Positions 27,901 to 39,037 are shown, counted from the first letter of the stretch. The stretch: 64,000 nucleotides of DNA from an uncultured Erysipelotrichaceae bacterium (GCA_902764545.1 CACWWC010000004.1:1746-65745); one strand, 5' to 3'. The notes: generated by a model not told the origin, from the sequence alone. Numbers and translations are program-made.

Positions 27901-29750
27901 TCTTTCACGACCTTTCTACTTGATGAATTAGATATTAAAATACTTTTTAAACTTATATTATTTATATGAAAGTTGGTTTTATTATTTAATACTTTTTGTT
28001 CTTTAATAACGTTTTGAGCTTTTGCTTCTTCTTTAATTCTAGGGATACTTTTATAATCTAATATAACACCTTTAAATGCAGGTAATAAAATACCATTTCT
28101 ATCTATTCTAACAATACATTCTCGTGTTTGTAATTCAGTTAATAATTTAATCTTTTGTTCTTTAGAATTATCTAGAGGAATTTTCATATTAAAGTTATCA
28201 ACTAACAAATTTGCATCTAATTTTGATACTCTAAATATATAGTAGTTTATGGTATTAGCAAAGATAGAATTTTTTAATTCATCTGATATTTGATTAAAAT
28301 ATTGTCCAGCTAAAACTAAAGATAAATTATACTTTCTTGCTTCTGATAAATATCTTGCTAAAATAGGATTTTCAACAACTGGAACTTCATCAATAATAAA
28401 AATAATATGTTTATCAATCTCTTTTGATTGAATTATTGTTAGTAGTTGTTGCATTATCAGTCCCGAGATAGTTTTGGTTACTTTATTACCTAGTTTTGTT
28501 CTATCAAGTGAGAAAAGAGTTAAAAAGTTATCATTAATGGTTTTTTTTAGGTTATCATTTATTTTTTCTGAGCTAAATACAGGTAACATTTCCATTTCAT
28601 CAATAAAACCTATAATTGGTGATATTGCATCATTATAAGATTTGGTCTTTAAATCGTTAAAGTCCGATGAAAAAAAATCTATTACACTAAATGGTAATTT
28701 AGATTTTAATCTTTTGATTATTTCATTCCTATATTCCAAATCTAAAATAAGTTTTCTTAAATTTCTAAAATTAAATCCCTCATCTGTTAGCAATAAATGA
28801 ATAGAATGTCTTAAAACTCTCTCTAGTTTTGAATTATATTGATCAGCAATTAAAGATTTTAATAAATCAAGAAGCAGTTCTGTAGAGGCAACTTTGTCAC
28901 TGTTATTATTGATAAATAAATCAATACTATCTAGATTACATTTAAAGTCAATTACACGTCCTATGCCTCCTATATCATTTTCAAGATTAGCATGTGGATC
29001 AATTATTATAACTTTATATTTTTGTCTGAGAGATTTATTTTTGTAAATGTTATTTACTAATAGACTAATAAATTTTGATTTACCACAACCAGAAGATCCT
29101 ATCACAATAGAATGCTTATCAAAACTGAAATTATTTTGATTTAGATAAAATTTTCCTTGTAAATATGGGAAGGTATCAACTGATAATAGCGCATTATTTG
29201 AATCTGTATTTAATAGATGAAGTATCTTACTTATCTCAAGATATTTTGGTGATTTTTTATAAAAATATCTTTTATTACTCTCAAAATCTACTGATAAAAT
29301 AGTTGATGGTATGCCAAATAAAATTACATATTTTTTTATTAGATTATTTTTCTTTATGTAAACACTTATTTTTGATATAATCTTATTTTCATATAGTTTA
29401 AAAAAATCAATCTTCAAATATTTTAGACAACCTTTATTTCTAATCTCAGTATAATTGATTAAATCTATAACATTACTATCAATTTTAGGTAGTAATGGTA
29501 AAGTATAGTTGACTTTAGGTATCTTTATTCCTTTTATAGGTTTTAATATATAAGAGTTTAAATTATTTATAGTAGCAGGCAAACTACATTTAGTTTTAAT
29601 AAAATATCTTATTTGATTTTTTTCATTAATTATTATTATTTTCCATTTTCTTAATAAGCCATTATAATTTGATATTATATTTACTAAATCATGCCATTCT
29701 TCTTTAGATATATTTTTTTTAGTTAAGTATACTTCTGAATTATGCCACAT
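27897..29750 (-). CDS. HerA/FtsK/TraD-like P-loop ATPase with an unknown N-terminal domain
   Basis: Walker A 'VIGSSGCGKSKF', 'VIIIDPHANL', Walker B 'IIFIIDEVP' and 'ARKYNLSLVLAGQYFNQI'. Start set at the ATG after GAGGTG. Confidence 0.7.
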   Translation of the reverse strand: MWHNSEVYLTKKNISKEEWHDLVNIISNYNGLLRKWKIIIINEKNQIRYFIKTKCSLPATINNLNSYILKPIKGIKIPKVNYTLPLLPKIDSNVIDLINYTEIRNKGCLKYLKIDFFKLYENKIISKISVYIKKNNLIKKYVILFGIPSTILSVDFESNKRYFYKKSPKYLEISKILHLLNTDSNNALLSVDTFPYLQGKFYLNQNNFSFDKHSIVIGSSGCGKSKFISLLVNNIYKNKSLRQKYKVIIIDPHANLENDIGGIGRVIDFKCNLDSIDLFINNNSDKVASTELLLDLLKSLIADQYNSKLERVLRHSIHLLLTDEGFNFRNLRKLILDLEYRNEIIKRLKSKLPFSVIDFFSSDFNDLKTKSYNDAISPIIGFIDEMEMLPVFSSEKINDNLKKTINDNFLTLFSLDRTKLGNKVTKTISGLIMQQLLTIIQSKEIDKHIIFIIDEVPVVENPILARYLSEARKYNLSLVLAGQYFNQISDELKNSIFANTINYYIFRVSKLDANLLVDNFNMKIPLDNSKEQKIKLLTELQTRECIVRIDRNGILLPAFKGVILDYKSIPRIKEEAKAQNVIKEQKVLNNKTNFHINNISLKSILISNSSSRKVVKE

Positions 29751-29825
29751 AGTAATACACCTCACGATAAATTATATAAAAAAATGGAAATAAAAAACTG
29801 ACTTTTTTGCAATCACTTTTGTCAG

Positions 29826-30620
29826 TTAGTATATTGCAACTAGAAAGTCAGTTACGTTATCATGGTAGTATTCTAATTCAGGTAATTCTTTTAAATTATA
29901 ATTAATTGATGGAAGAAATTCATTATAAAATTTATGAGATAATTCTTGAATTTCTTTTGCATCTTGTGAATTAATTCTAAATTTAAGCCATTTGCTTTTT
30001 GGTATTATTATATGTTCAAATTTTTCTATCTTTTTATCAAATAAACAATAATATTTTTTGCTATTTTCTCGTTCTATATCATAGGTAATCATTCCATATT
30101 TTATCTCACCATATTTATTTGAATATTTATCTATTATATTTCTAAAGAATAATGGAGCGTCTATTCCAATTTTACTATTGTTAGTTGCTATACTAACTCC
30201 ATATAAATCCATTTTATCTAAAGTAATTATTTCATAATCTAATTCAGTTGTCATTTTAATATTTTCATTGAAAAATATTTTGGGAAAATTTTTCAGTTTA
30301 GTATGCTTATTTACTAAACTTGGTTTAATACCATGAAATCTTTCAAATGCTCTTGAAAAGGATGTTGCATTATCATATTTGTATTTAACCGCAACATCTA
30401 TTACTTTTAAGTTTCCTTTATATAAATCGTATCCGGCGTTAGATAATCGTCTTTTTCTAATGTATTCTGCTAGAGAAATATCTGTAATCATACTAAATAA
30501 TCTTTGCATTGTGTAAACATTAACACCTAATATTTTAGATAGTTTTTCATAACTAATTTCTTCTTCTAAATTGTCATCTATATATTTAGTTATCTCATTT
30601 AAATTTTTATAGATATTCAA
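29826..30620 (-). CDS. AraC-family regulator with a GyrI-like effector domain
   Basis: N-terminal HTH ('ISYEKLSKILGVNVYTMQRLFS' and 'NATSFSRAFERFHGIKPS'). The C-terminal roughly 150 aa is arranged like a GyrI/SbmC domain. Confidence 0.75.
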   Translation of the reverse strand: MNIYKNLNEITKYIDDNLEEEISYEKLSKILGVNVYTMQRLFSMITDISLAEYIRKRRLSNAGYDLYKGNLKVIDVAVKYKYDNATSFSRAFERFHGIKPSLVNKHTKLKNFPKIFFNENIKMTTELDYEIITLDKMDLYGVSIATNNSKIGIDAPLFFRNIIDKYSNKYGEIKYGMITYDIERENSKKYYCLFDKKIEKFEHIIIPKSKWLKFRINSQDAKEIQELSHKFYNEFLPSINYNLKELPELEYYHDNVTDFLVAIY

Positions 30621-30769
30621 ACTTCATCACCTATATAGTTATTATAGCATAGTTTTTCTTTTCAATATAAATATATATACCTATTTTTAAAAGATTTAAT
30701 TTTTAAGAAAATCTATTAAGATGAGTAATATTTTGATATAATATGTTGAAACGGAGATGATTTTATAAT

Positions 30770-31573
30770 ATGAATGGTTTAGTTATTAAAACTCATGATG
30801 ATTCTATACAGACATATGAGCAAGCTTGGATTGAGTTTGTTAAAAAAAATAAAGGCAGTTTATATAGAAATCCTTCTGCTTCTTTATATACATCAATGGT
30901 TTATGGTTTTGCAAATCATCTACCCTATTCAATGGATATTGAACAACCAGAATATGTCCCTTCTGACTTTTTAAACATGACTCCACTCGATGTTGATGAT
31001 AATAATTGGTTTAAATGGGAAGATAGGAGGACTTTTTTTAATTCACTAGTTAGATGGGGAGATACATTTAAAACTGGCATGTTGCTGCAAATGTGTAATG
31101 TCTTTCAGAAAATGATATTAGGCCAATTTCCGAGAGAGTTTGAATTAACTGAAGAATATTATACTGAATGGGGAATTAGTACGATGACTGGAGATAAAGA
31201 ATACAATAGATGTTTTTTTGAAACGTTAAAATTATTACCCACTTATTATAAAAAAATAGTTAGTACACTTAATAATGATGAGAGAAGAAGAATGTTGGAT
31301 GAAATGTATAATGATATAATGAATAAAATTGCTGCGCGGTTTGGTGGATTCAAAGAAACAGATGCTTGTGGAAATATCATTAGGGAACAAAAAGGGAGTG
31401 TACCTATCAGGCCAGGTAGTGATGTTCAAATGATTGTATATTGGGACAATATTACGTTTCATGATGGGATACCATCTATCATTCAAAGAATTAAAGATGA
31501 ACAACTTAAAACATATCATTCTCAAAAAGAGCAGCACCTGTCAGGAGAATGCCCTTCTTATTTAAACCAATAA
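30770..31573 (+). CDS. hypothetical protein
   Basis: 267-aa ORF divergent from the AraC gene, with GGAG upstream. No motif recognised. Confidence 0.5.
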   Translation: MNGLVIKTHDDSIQTYEQAWIEFVKKNKGSLYRNPSASLYTSMVYGFANHLPYSMDIEQPEYVPSDFLNMTPLDVDDNNWFKWEDRRTFFNSLVRWGDTFKTGMLLQMCNVFQKMILGQFPREFELTEEYYTEWGISTMTGDKEYNRCFFETLKLLPTYYKKIVSTLNNDERRRMLDEMYNDIMNKIAARFGGFKETDACGNIIREQKGSVPIRPGSDVQMIVYWDNITFHDGIPSIIQRIKDEQLKTYHSQKEQHLSGECPSYLNQ

Positions 31574-31638
31574 AATCGATTAAAGTTCAAAGACAGTAAT
31601 AACTTCTCACGGGAGGAATATCATTGGAAAAAGAATAA

Positions 31639-32337
31639 TTGTTAAAGCAAATTTATACAAATCTTGGTGTTGTAGATTGTTATATAAAAGATGGTGGATT
31701 AGGGTTTAATTTAGTGAATAAGAGTATGGACTTCAATGTTGTTATTCCAGAGCATATTTATAAAACACTTCTGGAAATAAGAGGTAAAACAGATGAAACA
31801 GGAGTTGAGTATCCCTTTGCAATGGTAGGTAATTTAGGGGATATTAATGGGGAAATTTATTTTTGTGTTTCTCTAGTAAAGACTTGCTATGATGGAAATG
31901 TTAATAATGGGCACGTTAAAACTTCTGATGATTTTAATAAGTGGTTATCAGAAAGAATAAATGATTATTCTTTTTGTATTTTATGTCATACACATCCTAA
32001 ATATGAAAAGACTACTTTTGATAAGTCTATTTTTGATACAGTCAAAAAAAATAACGGAAGCAAACTCTGTTTGCGTAATATTGGAATGAACATTAGTAAC
32101 AGTGACATTTTACAGCTTATTGGTCTTAAATTGGAACAAAGGAATATTAACAATAATATTTATTTTCTTCAAGGGATATCTTTACCAAATGGTGAATTTA
32201 ATATTTTGGATATTGAATTTGATGATAATAATCCTACCCTATGTTCAGTTCATAATGTTTATAGAATTTATGAAGATAAACTTATTCCTGTAAATAACAT
32301 TTGGAATAGCAAAGGTAAGAAAAAAGTCATTAATTAG
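31639..32337 (+). CDS. hypothetical protein with a possible JAB/MPN-like metal site
   Basis: 'GVEYPFAMVGN' and 'ILCHTHPKYEKTTFDKSIFD' give E...HxH...SxxD with non-canonical spacing. The TTG start is uncertain. Confidence 0.35.
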   Translation: MLKQIYTNLGVVDCYIKDGGLGFNLVNKSMDFNVVIPEHIYKTLLEIRGKTDETGVEYPFAMVGNLGDINGEIYFCVSLVKTCYDGNVNNGHVKTSDDFNKWLSERINDYSFCILCHTHPKYEKTTFDKSIFDTVKKNNGSKLCLRNIGMNISNSDILQLIGLKLEQRNINNNIYFLQGISLPNGEFNILDIEFDDNNPTLCSVHNVYRIYEDKLIPVNNIWNSKGKKKVIN

Positions 32338-32383
32338 TTCTATACCATTGAGTTTTTTACTTGTTTAAAGATGAATAATAAAA

Positions 32384-32407
32384 AAGAAAAGCATAATTTT
32401 CTTTTTT
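32384..32407. terminator. bidirectional rho-independent terminator
   Basis: Hairpin aagaaaa/ttttctt with loop gcataa, flanked by A- and T-runs. Confidence 0.6.
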
Positions 32408-32428
32408 ATTTTTATTAGTATTACGTTT

Positions 32429-33011
32429 CTAATTAATATAGTATTCCATTCCAAGCATATTTCTATGAGGTTCATTTGGCCTAAATTTATTGATGAAAAT
32501 ATAGTGTCCTGGTGCAGTTTTAAAACCAACTTTTTTGGATAAAGATATAGCTGCAACATTTTTGTCATAAACTATTAGCTTTAAAGAGTCATAACCATCT
32601 TGTCTCAATAATTCAATTAAATCTTCTATTATTCTTTGGGCGTACGTAATCGACATTTACTGCAAACATCTCTAAAAACTTAGATTTAGTATATTTTCAT
32701 TTGAAACTTGAACTTGAAACTTCATCATCAAATAAAGCAAAAAAACTTACAATATTATTATCCTCTTCACAAACATACAGTTTTTCTTGTTCTATAAGCC
32801 CTTTTAATTCTTCTGCTGGATAATATTCATTCCATAATTGTAACCCATTAGCGTTCATGTTTTTAACTATTTTTAAAGCAATGGTTTTAAGAGATTTTAA
32901 CTCTTCTTGTTTTGCCTTGCGAATTCTTAACTGAGGAATATCTTCTATATTAATTTTAATATTTAAATATTCTTTTTGTATCAAACTGAGTATTAGAACT
33001 TCAAATATCAC
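32429..33011 (-). pseudogene. disrupted GNAT acetyltransferase
   Basis: Two ORF fragments: an N-terminal 104 aa ending '...IVSFFALFDDE' and a C-terminal 75 aa ('AQRIIEDL...NVAAISLSKKVGF'). They are separated by 40 nt containing stops. The acetyl-CoA Q/RxxGxG/A loop is missing. Confidence 0.6.
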
Positions 33012-33057
33012 TTTAAGAAATCAAGTTTTTGAGATAATAAAGAAGAAATTAGATGAT

Positions 33058-33270
33058 TTATCTGAAAAATATGGAATAAATAGTAAAGCTTTTCCTGTTT
33101 ATCTTTTGAATCTTATCAATATCTATATTATTATTTTGAACTATTTTTAGAAAATAAATGTCATCTTTGTCTTTGACTTTTCTTAATATAGCACCAGGGT
33201 TACTATCACTAATTGTTTCAAATGTGGCTTTATCACTAAAAAATTTGATATTAAAAATTAAATTATCCAT
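33058..33270 (-). pseudogene. N-terminal remnant of an aminoglycoside-phosphotransferase/kinase-like gene
   Basis: 70-aa ORF with 'ISDSNPGAILRKVKDKDDIYFLKIV', which resembles the glycine-loop and Lys region of APH-type kinases. It stops abruptly and no kinase core follows. Confidence 0.4.
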
Positions 33271-34111
33271 TTTTCATTACCACTAAGGTTTTTTCCTTTC
33301 CATATTTTTTATAATCATTGCTACCCATTTTTTCTAAATAATTTTCAAAAGATAAATTATCTCCATTAATCAAACTAATTAAATTATTATAAAAATCCTT
33401 ATCAAATAAATAATTTGAAAATCCATCACTATAAACTATAACTATGTCACCATCATTTAATATCAATGAGCCTTCTTTTAAAAAATACTCAAATTCCGAT
33501 TCACCAGTTATTGCTCCATATGAATATTCATTATCTGGTTTATTACGATAGTTCTTTCTAACAATAACTCTAGCTTCTGGTTCATTCCAATTAAATGAAC
33601 CTGTATCAAAGTGCTTATTAACTCTTTCCATATCATCATCAGTTTTAAATATTAAATTTCCGTTCTTATCAAAAACAGCAACTCCACAATCACAAATATA
33701 ACTATAATATAAGTTATTATCTTCAATATATGCAGATGCACCAACCGCTCCGTAATAATCATTCTCCAAATAATCACATGTCTTAATGTGTATATCATTT
33801 AATTTTCTTACTTCCTTATTAGCTTTAATAAAAACATCTCTTAATGATATTTTTTTATTAATAATATTATTATAATTTGCTTCAAATATTTTACATATTA
33901 AGGTTGCTGCCAGACTGGAACCGCTTGGATTGGGATATTTAGCTATTCTTTCTTCAAAAGAAATAGAATTAAAGTTTTTTATCCCATTTGGATCTCTTGT
34001 TATACCATCAGCAACAACTGCAAAATTATTTTGACAATAGTAGCTATCTTCAATTGGAAAATTATATCCAATAGTTTTAATATTATCAAAAGTATTTTTA
34101 TACAATATCAT
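33263..34111 (-). CDS. PP2C-family Ser/Thr phosphatase
   Basis: 'AVVADGITRDP', 'GAVGASAY' and 'IVIVYSDGFSNYL' are the metal-binding Asp blocks of PP2C/SpoIIE-type phosphatases. Confidence 0.65.
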   Translation of the reverse strand: MILYKNTFDNIKTIGYNFPIEDSYYCQNNFAVVADGITRDPNGIKNFNSISFEERIAKYPNPSGSSLAATLICKIFEANYNNIINKKISLRDVFIKANKEVRKLNDIHIKTCDYLENDYYGAVGASAYIEDNNLYYSYICDCGVAVFDKNGNLIFKTDDDMERVNKHFDTGSFNWNEPEARVIVRKNYRNKPDNEYSYGAITGESEFEYFLKEGSLILNDGDIVIVYSDGFSNYLFDKDFYNNLISLINGDNLSFENYLEKMGSNDYKKYGKEKTLVVMKNG

Positions 34112-34414
34112 AGTATCACTACTTTCTATTTTGATATTTCTTTGTTGACTGTATTATATCATAATATTTAAAATTTTATAGAAACGTATAATAAATTTGT
34201 AATAAAAAGAAGTAGAAATCAGTCTCATTCATTCTGTTATATAATAAAAAAATCAGTCATTTTTCAGACTGAAGTTTATATTAAGTTCGAAAAGGTCGAA
34301 CAGATTCGTCACTGGAGCGATAACTTTACTTATATTCGAAAAAATATACTCCCAAAGTTGTTTGATTAAATCAACTAAATAAATTATAGCAGATATAGAA
34401 AATATTACAATAGA

Positions 34415-34438
34415 ATTCACCAAAAAATTCACCAAAAA
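34415..34438. repeat. perfect tandem 12-mer (attcaccaaaaa x2)
   Basis: Read directly from the sequence. It lies in a relatively G+C-enriched non-coding patch about 75 nt upstream of the 34513 gene. Confidence 0.9.
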
Positions 34439-34512
34439 ATCGGAGAAATTTCGTCACATGAATTGTGAAATATAATGATTTGGTGTACAATTTAATTGAT
34501 AATAAATGAGAG

Positions 34513-36015
34513 GTGTTAAATGTGAAAGTTTATGTAAAAAAAGAAGATAAAAATACTATGATTCCTAGAATTATTGTAACTATTGTATTTTTATCAGTTT
34601 CAGTTGGAATATTTATAGCTTTCTTTAAAAGTGGAAAATCTTTTATTGATGCATTAGCTTCGTTTGGAATTACATTATTATTTGCTATTATATTTCTTGG
34701 GTTTAGTATGTATTTTATTTATGCATTAATTAAACGTCCTAAAGGTTATAAAGCCAAACTTGTTAATAAAAAGGTTGAAACATATAACGGTAAGCAAATA
34801 ACATATATGGAGTTTAAGACAGAAAAAGAAAGAGAACAAGAAGAAGATTTTATTCCTGCTGATTATAAATGCTATACAATTGGAGAAAATAATTTAATTG
34901 TAGGAAATAACTATTCATTAAGAATTAAAGAATTTAATTGGGAGCCTAAATATGTTGAAGAAATTAATAATTCTTATGAAAATGGAATAAATAAAGTTTC
35001 AAGTAAAGTTCCTAATATGACTATGTCTCCAGTATTTTTTTCAGTAGGGTTAATTTTTGGCGGATTATTATTTCTTTGTATTTTAGGAATAATAATGTAT
35101 CCACAATATACTTCTACATATATAATGTTTGGTATTTTATGTGGTGTAGCATTATTTATGACATTTAAAGCAAGTAAAACATGGAAAGTTGATAATAATA
35201 TTGAACAAAATGAACAAAATATAAATATAGAATTAGAAAAAATAAAACCAATAAGCAATTATCAAGAAAAAGTTGGAAATATAGTAATTAAACATTTACT
35301 TATTCTTTTAGTAATATTTCCTATAGTATGGTCTATGATATTGTTACAAATGAATATACCAAAAGAATCATTTATAATTGCATTGTCAATGATTTTTTTT
35401 GTTGAATTACCAATAATTGTAATGATTTTATATAATATAGGCTATGATGATAGATTAATTAAAAAACATAAAGTTAACATTACAGAAAATATTAATATTG
35501 CTGATATAAAATATTTTAATATATTCAGACCTACAAAAAATACTACATTTCCTCAATATTTTATAGTTGATCAGAATAAAAATTTAATATTTAAGATTAA
35601 AAAGAGTAATTTTATCGGAAACAAATTTGTTATATGTAATCATCATAATATAAAAATTGGAGAAATAAAATCCAAAATATTTAGTTTAACTAATGAATTT
35701 GTTATAAATATAATAAATGAAAAACCATTCATTATTCGTTCCAAGATGCAATTACATTCAAATTATCAAGTTATAGGTCGTGATTATTATGTTAAAGGTG
35801 ATACACATTTAGTCAGAAACATTATTTATGATAACAAAGAAAACGATATTGCATATATATCTGCTATTTCAAAACATGATAACAATTGGTATGAATTAGG
35901 TAATATGGAAATTTCCTTAAATGAAAATGTAAATAATAGTGTTGATATTATGATAATGGCTTTATGCATTACAATGGGAAATTTTCAAACATTTGATAGA
36001 CGTATAGATAGATAA
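34513..36015 (+). CDS. multi-pass membrane protein with a C-terminal LURP-one/tubby-like (DUF567-like) domain
   Basis: At least 6 hydrophobic segments. The C-terminal roughly 160 aa ('FIVDQNKNLIFKIKK...FVICNHHNIKIGEIKSK...YQVIGRDYYVKGD') resembles scramblase/LOR-family repeats. Confidence 0.45.
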   Translation: MLNVKVYVKKEDKNTMIPRIIVTIVFLSVSVGIFIAFFKSGKSFIDALASFGITLLFAIIFLGFSMYFIYALIKRPKGYKAKLVNKKVETYNGKQITYMEFKTEKEREQEEDFIPADYKCYTIGENNLIVGNNYSLRIKEFNWEPKYVEEINNSYENGINKVSSKVPNMTMSPVFFSVGLIFGGLLFLCILGIIMYPQYTSTYIMFGILCGVALFMTFKASKTWKVDNNIEQNEQNINIELEKIKPISNYQEKVGNIVIKHLLILLVIFPIVWSMILLQMNIPKESFIIALSMIFFVELPIIVMILYNIGYDDRLIKKHKVNITENINIADIKYFNIFRPTKNTTFPQYFIVDQNKNLIFKIKKSNFIGNKFVICNHHNIKIGEIKSKIFSLTNEFVINIINEKPFIIRSKMQLHSNYQVIGRDYYVKGDTHLVRNIIYDNKENDIAYISAISKHDNNWYELGNMEISLNENVNNSVDIMIMALCITMGNFQTFDRRIDR

Positions 36016-36041
36016 TAAAAAAAAGACAAACTGAGTCATAT

Positions 36042-37337
36042 TTACCTAGAATTGTCTTTTTCTTTTTGGATATCTTTATCAAAATTATTAAGATCATGTT
36101 GTATGCCTTCGGCTCTTTTAGTTATTTCTTTACAATACTTATTATACTTATAAAATTCTTTAATTTTAGGTTGTATAGCATTTATTTCAGTAAGTATTTC
36201 ATTTTTCTTTTCATCAGTTTTTGCTCTATGGTATCTTTTCCATAGATTTTCTCTTTTACCTTTTAATTCACTTAATTCATTAGAGTTATTTTTAGCGAAG
36301 TTATCTAAATCTTCTTTAGTTACAATATTATTCTCATGCATAAATCTAACTTGCTGTGAAGTTTGCTCTAACTTGTAAACTTCATTTCTAATAGAGTAAG
36401 GAAGATATTGTTTTGGGTATTTCTTTGGAAATACTCCTAGCAGATAACAATAGTATAAGTATAATCCGTAGATACCTTTATGTGATTTATTAGTTTTACA
36501 GTATTCTTCAAAGATAGATTTTTGTGACATTGGTTTAAATACTATTTGTCTTGAAGAATATAATCTTTCACTTAACCTGTCTTTTGAATATTCTTCACCA
36601 AAAACATTTTCTATTCTAACTTTATCTTCACCATCTCTGTAAATAATTATAATACCATTACGAGAATATACTTTATAACCTAATGATCTCATTCTTTCAA
36701 ATAATTGTTTTAAGGTAACTGAATAACTTATAGAACTATCCAAATCTTCTTTTAGTGTTCTGTAATAATCATTATTTATAACTTTATAATTGTAGGTACT
36801 TTTATAACCAATATCTTCATCTAAAACAGATAGACCATATTCAGCACATAGTGAATCAGAAATATGTCTTAACTTTGCTAGATTAGTTCTATTGTTATTA
36901 TATTTCTTACCATCTTTATATGAAACAGAGTTGATTATGAAATGATTGTGTATGTGATTAGTATTTTGATGTGTAGCAACAACCACTTCATAATCTTTAA
37001 ACATTTCACTAACAAATTTAACTCCTATTTCGTGAGCAATATCTGGAGTAACTTCTCCTTCTTTAAATGATTGGTAACCATGATAAGCAAGAACACCATC
37101 TTTCTTATTATAATAATCTTTTGTATCAATCATGTCATCATAGGGATAATCTTCATTACAGTTTAAACAACTTATATAACAAACCTTTTCTTTTTTTAAA
37201 TTGTAATCTTGTTTACCTTCTAAATAATCATAATCATCTTTACCATAATCTTCATTAAAAGTTTTCTCGGGATTGATAATATAATTTATGGACTGGTTTA
37301 AATTATTCTTAATACTCCAAATTGATGTTGTCACCAT
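36042..37337 (-). CDS. MobA/VirD2-family relaxase (mobilisation nuclease)
   Basis: Histidine triad 'VATHQNTNHIHNHFIINSVSY', preceded by 'AYHGYQSF'. The C-terminus is predicted to be coiled-coil. Confidence 0.8.
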   Translation of the reverse strand: MVTTSIWSIKNNLNQSINYIINPEKTFNEDYGKDDYDYLEGKQDYNLKKEKVCYISCLNCNEDYPYDDMIDTKDYYNKKDGVLAYHGYQSFKEGEVTPDIAHEIGVKFVSEMFKDYEVVVATHQNTNHIHNHFIINSVSYKDGKKYNNNRTNLAKLRHISDSLCAEYGLSVLDEDIGYKSTYNYKVINNDYYRTLKEDLDSSISYSVTLKQLFERMRSLGYKVYSRNGIIIIYRDGEDKVRIENVFGEEYSKDRLSERLYSSRQIVFKPMSQKSIFEEYCKTNKSHKGIYGLYLYYCYLLGVFPKKYPKQYLPYSIRNEVYKLEQTSQQVRFMHENNIVTKEDLDNFAKNNSNELSELKGKRENLWKRYHRAKTDEKKNEILTEINAIQPKIKEFYKYNKYCKEITKRAEGIQHDLNNFDKDIQKEKDNSR

Positions 37338-37475
37338 TTGTATGGTTTAGCCTTTCTTTTGGGGTGGTGGGAGTACCAGCCCGTTGCTTGCTTATGACAA
37401 CATTAGACATAAATTAACTCCTTTAGAATAATTTCTTCAGCAGTATTCTTATAATTATTCATCAATTTTACCCAT

Positions 37476-38609
<1,134 letters not shown>

Positions 38610-38671
38610 TTAGTTATTTATACGACAAAAACAACCAATATTGTGGGAGAGTATATAAACTCACCAATTCA

Positions 38672-38944
38672 TTAATGCCTTGCTATGTACTCTGATAACT
38701 CAGACAATGGGATTTTCTTCTTTAAATTCCCTATGTAAAAATGTTTCTGTTCATTGAAGGATAGGTATAACTTATCTCCAATAATTACTTTATGTGGCTC
38801 TACATACGCTAAATTGGTATGTTCCACAATTCTTAAGTAGCCCTCAATTATTTGATAGGACTTCTTATTAAATTTGCAAGACCAATTAATTTTGGCTTTG
38901 AGTTCATCACTCATATTGATTTTCTTTTTTACGATATTAATCAT
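38672..38944 (-). CDS. hypothetical small protein next to the recombinase
   Basis: 90-aa ORF upstream of and co-oriented with the recombinase gene. No motif recognised. Confidence 0.45.
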   Translation of the reverse strand: MINIVKKKINMSDELKAKINWSCKFNKKSYQIIEGYLRIVEHTNLAYVEPHKVIIGDKLYLSFNEQKHFYIGNLKKKIPLSELSEYIARH

Positions 38945-39037
38945 ACCACATCACACCCTTTCTTTGTAATAGCAACAAAAAAATCAACTTGCGTTGATTT
39001 AATCATTAACATCGCTTGGTGCGACGATTTTATCTTT

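Noticed and set aside
34311-34318. An 8-nt match (tggagcga) to the 3' end of tRNA-Gly (39038-39045) as a possible att repeat marking the left end of the element.
   Set aside because: Only 8 nt match and the flanks diverge. A chance match in this much sequence is plausible, and serine recombinases do not require tRNA-derived repeats.
34253-34435. A 60-aa ORF as a small membrane or holin-like gene.
   Set aside because: It has a TTG start inside the tandem 12-mer repeat and no SD, and it lies in a patch that looks non-coding. It is retained only as context for the finding on this region.
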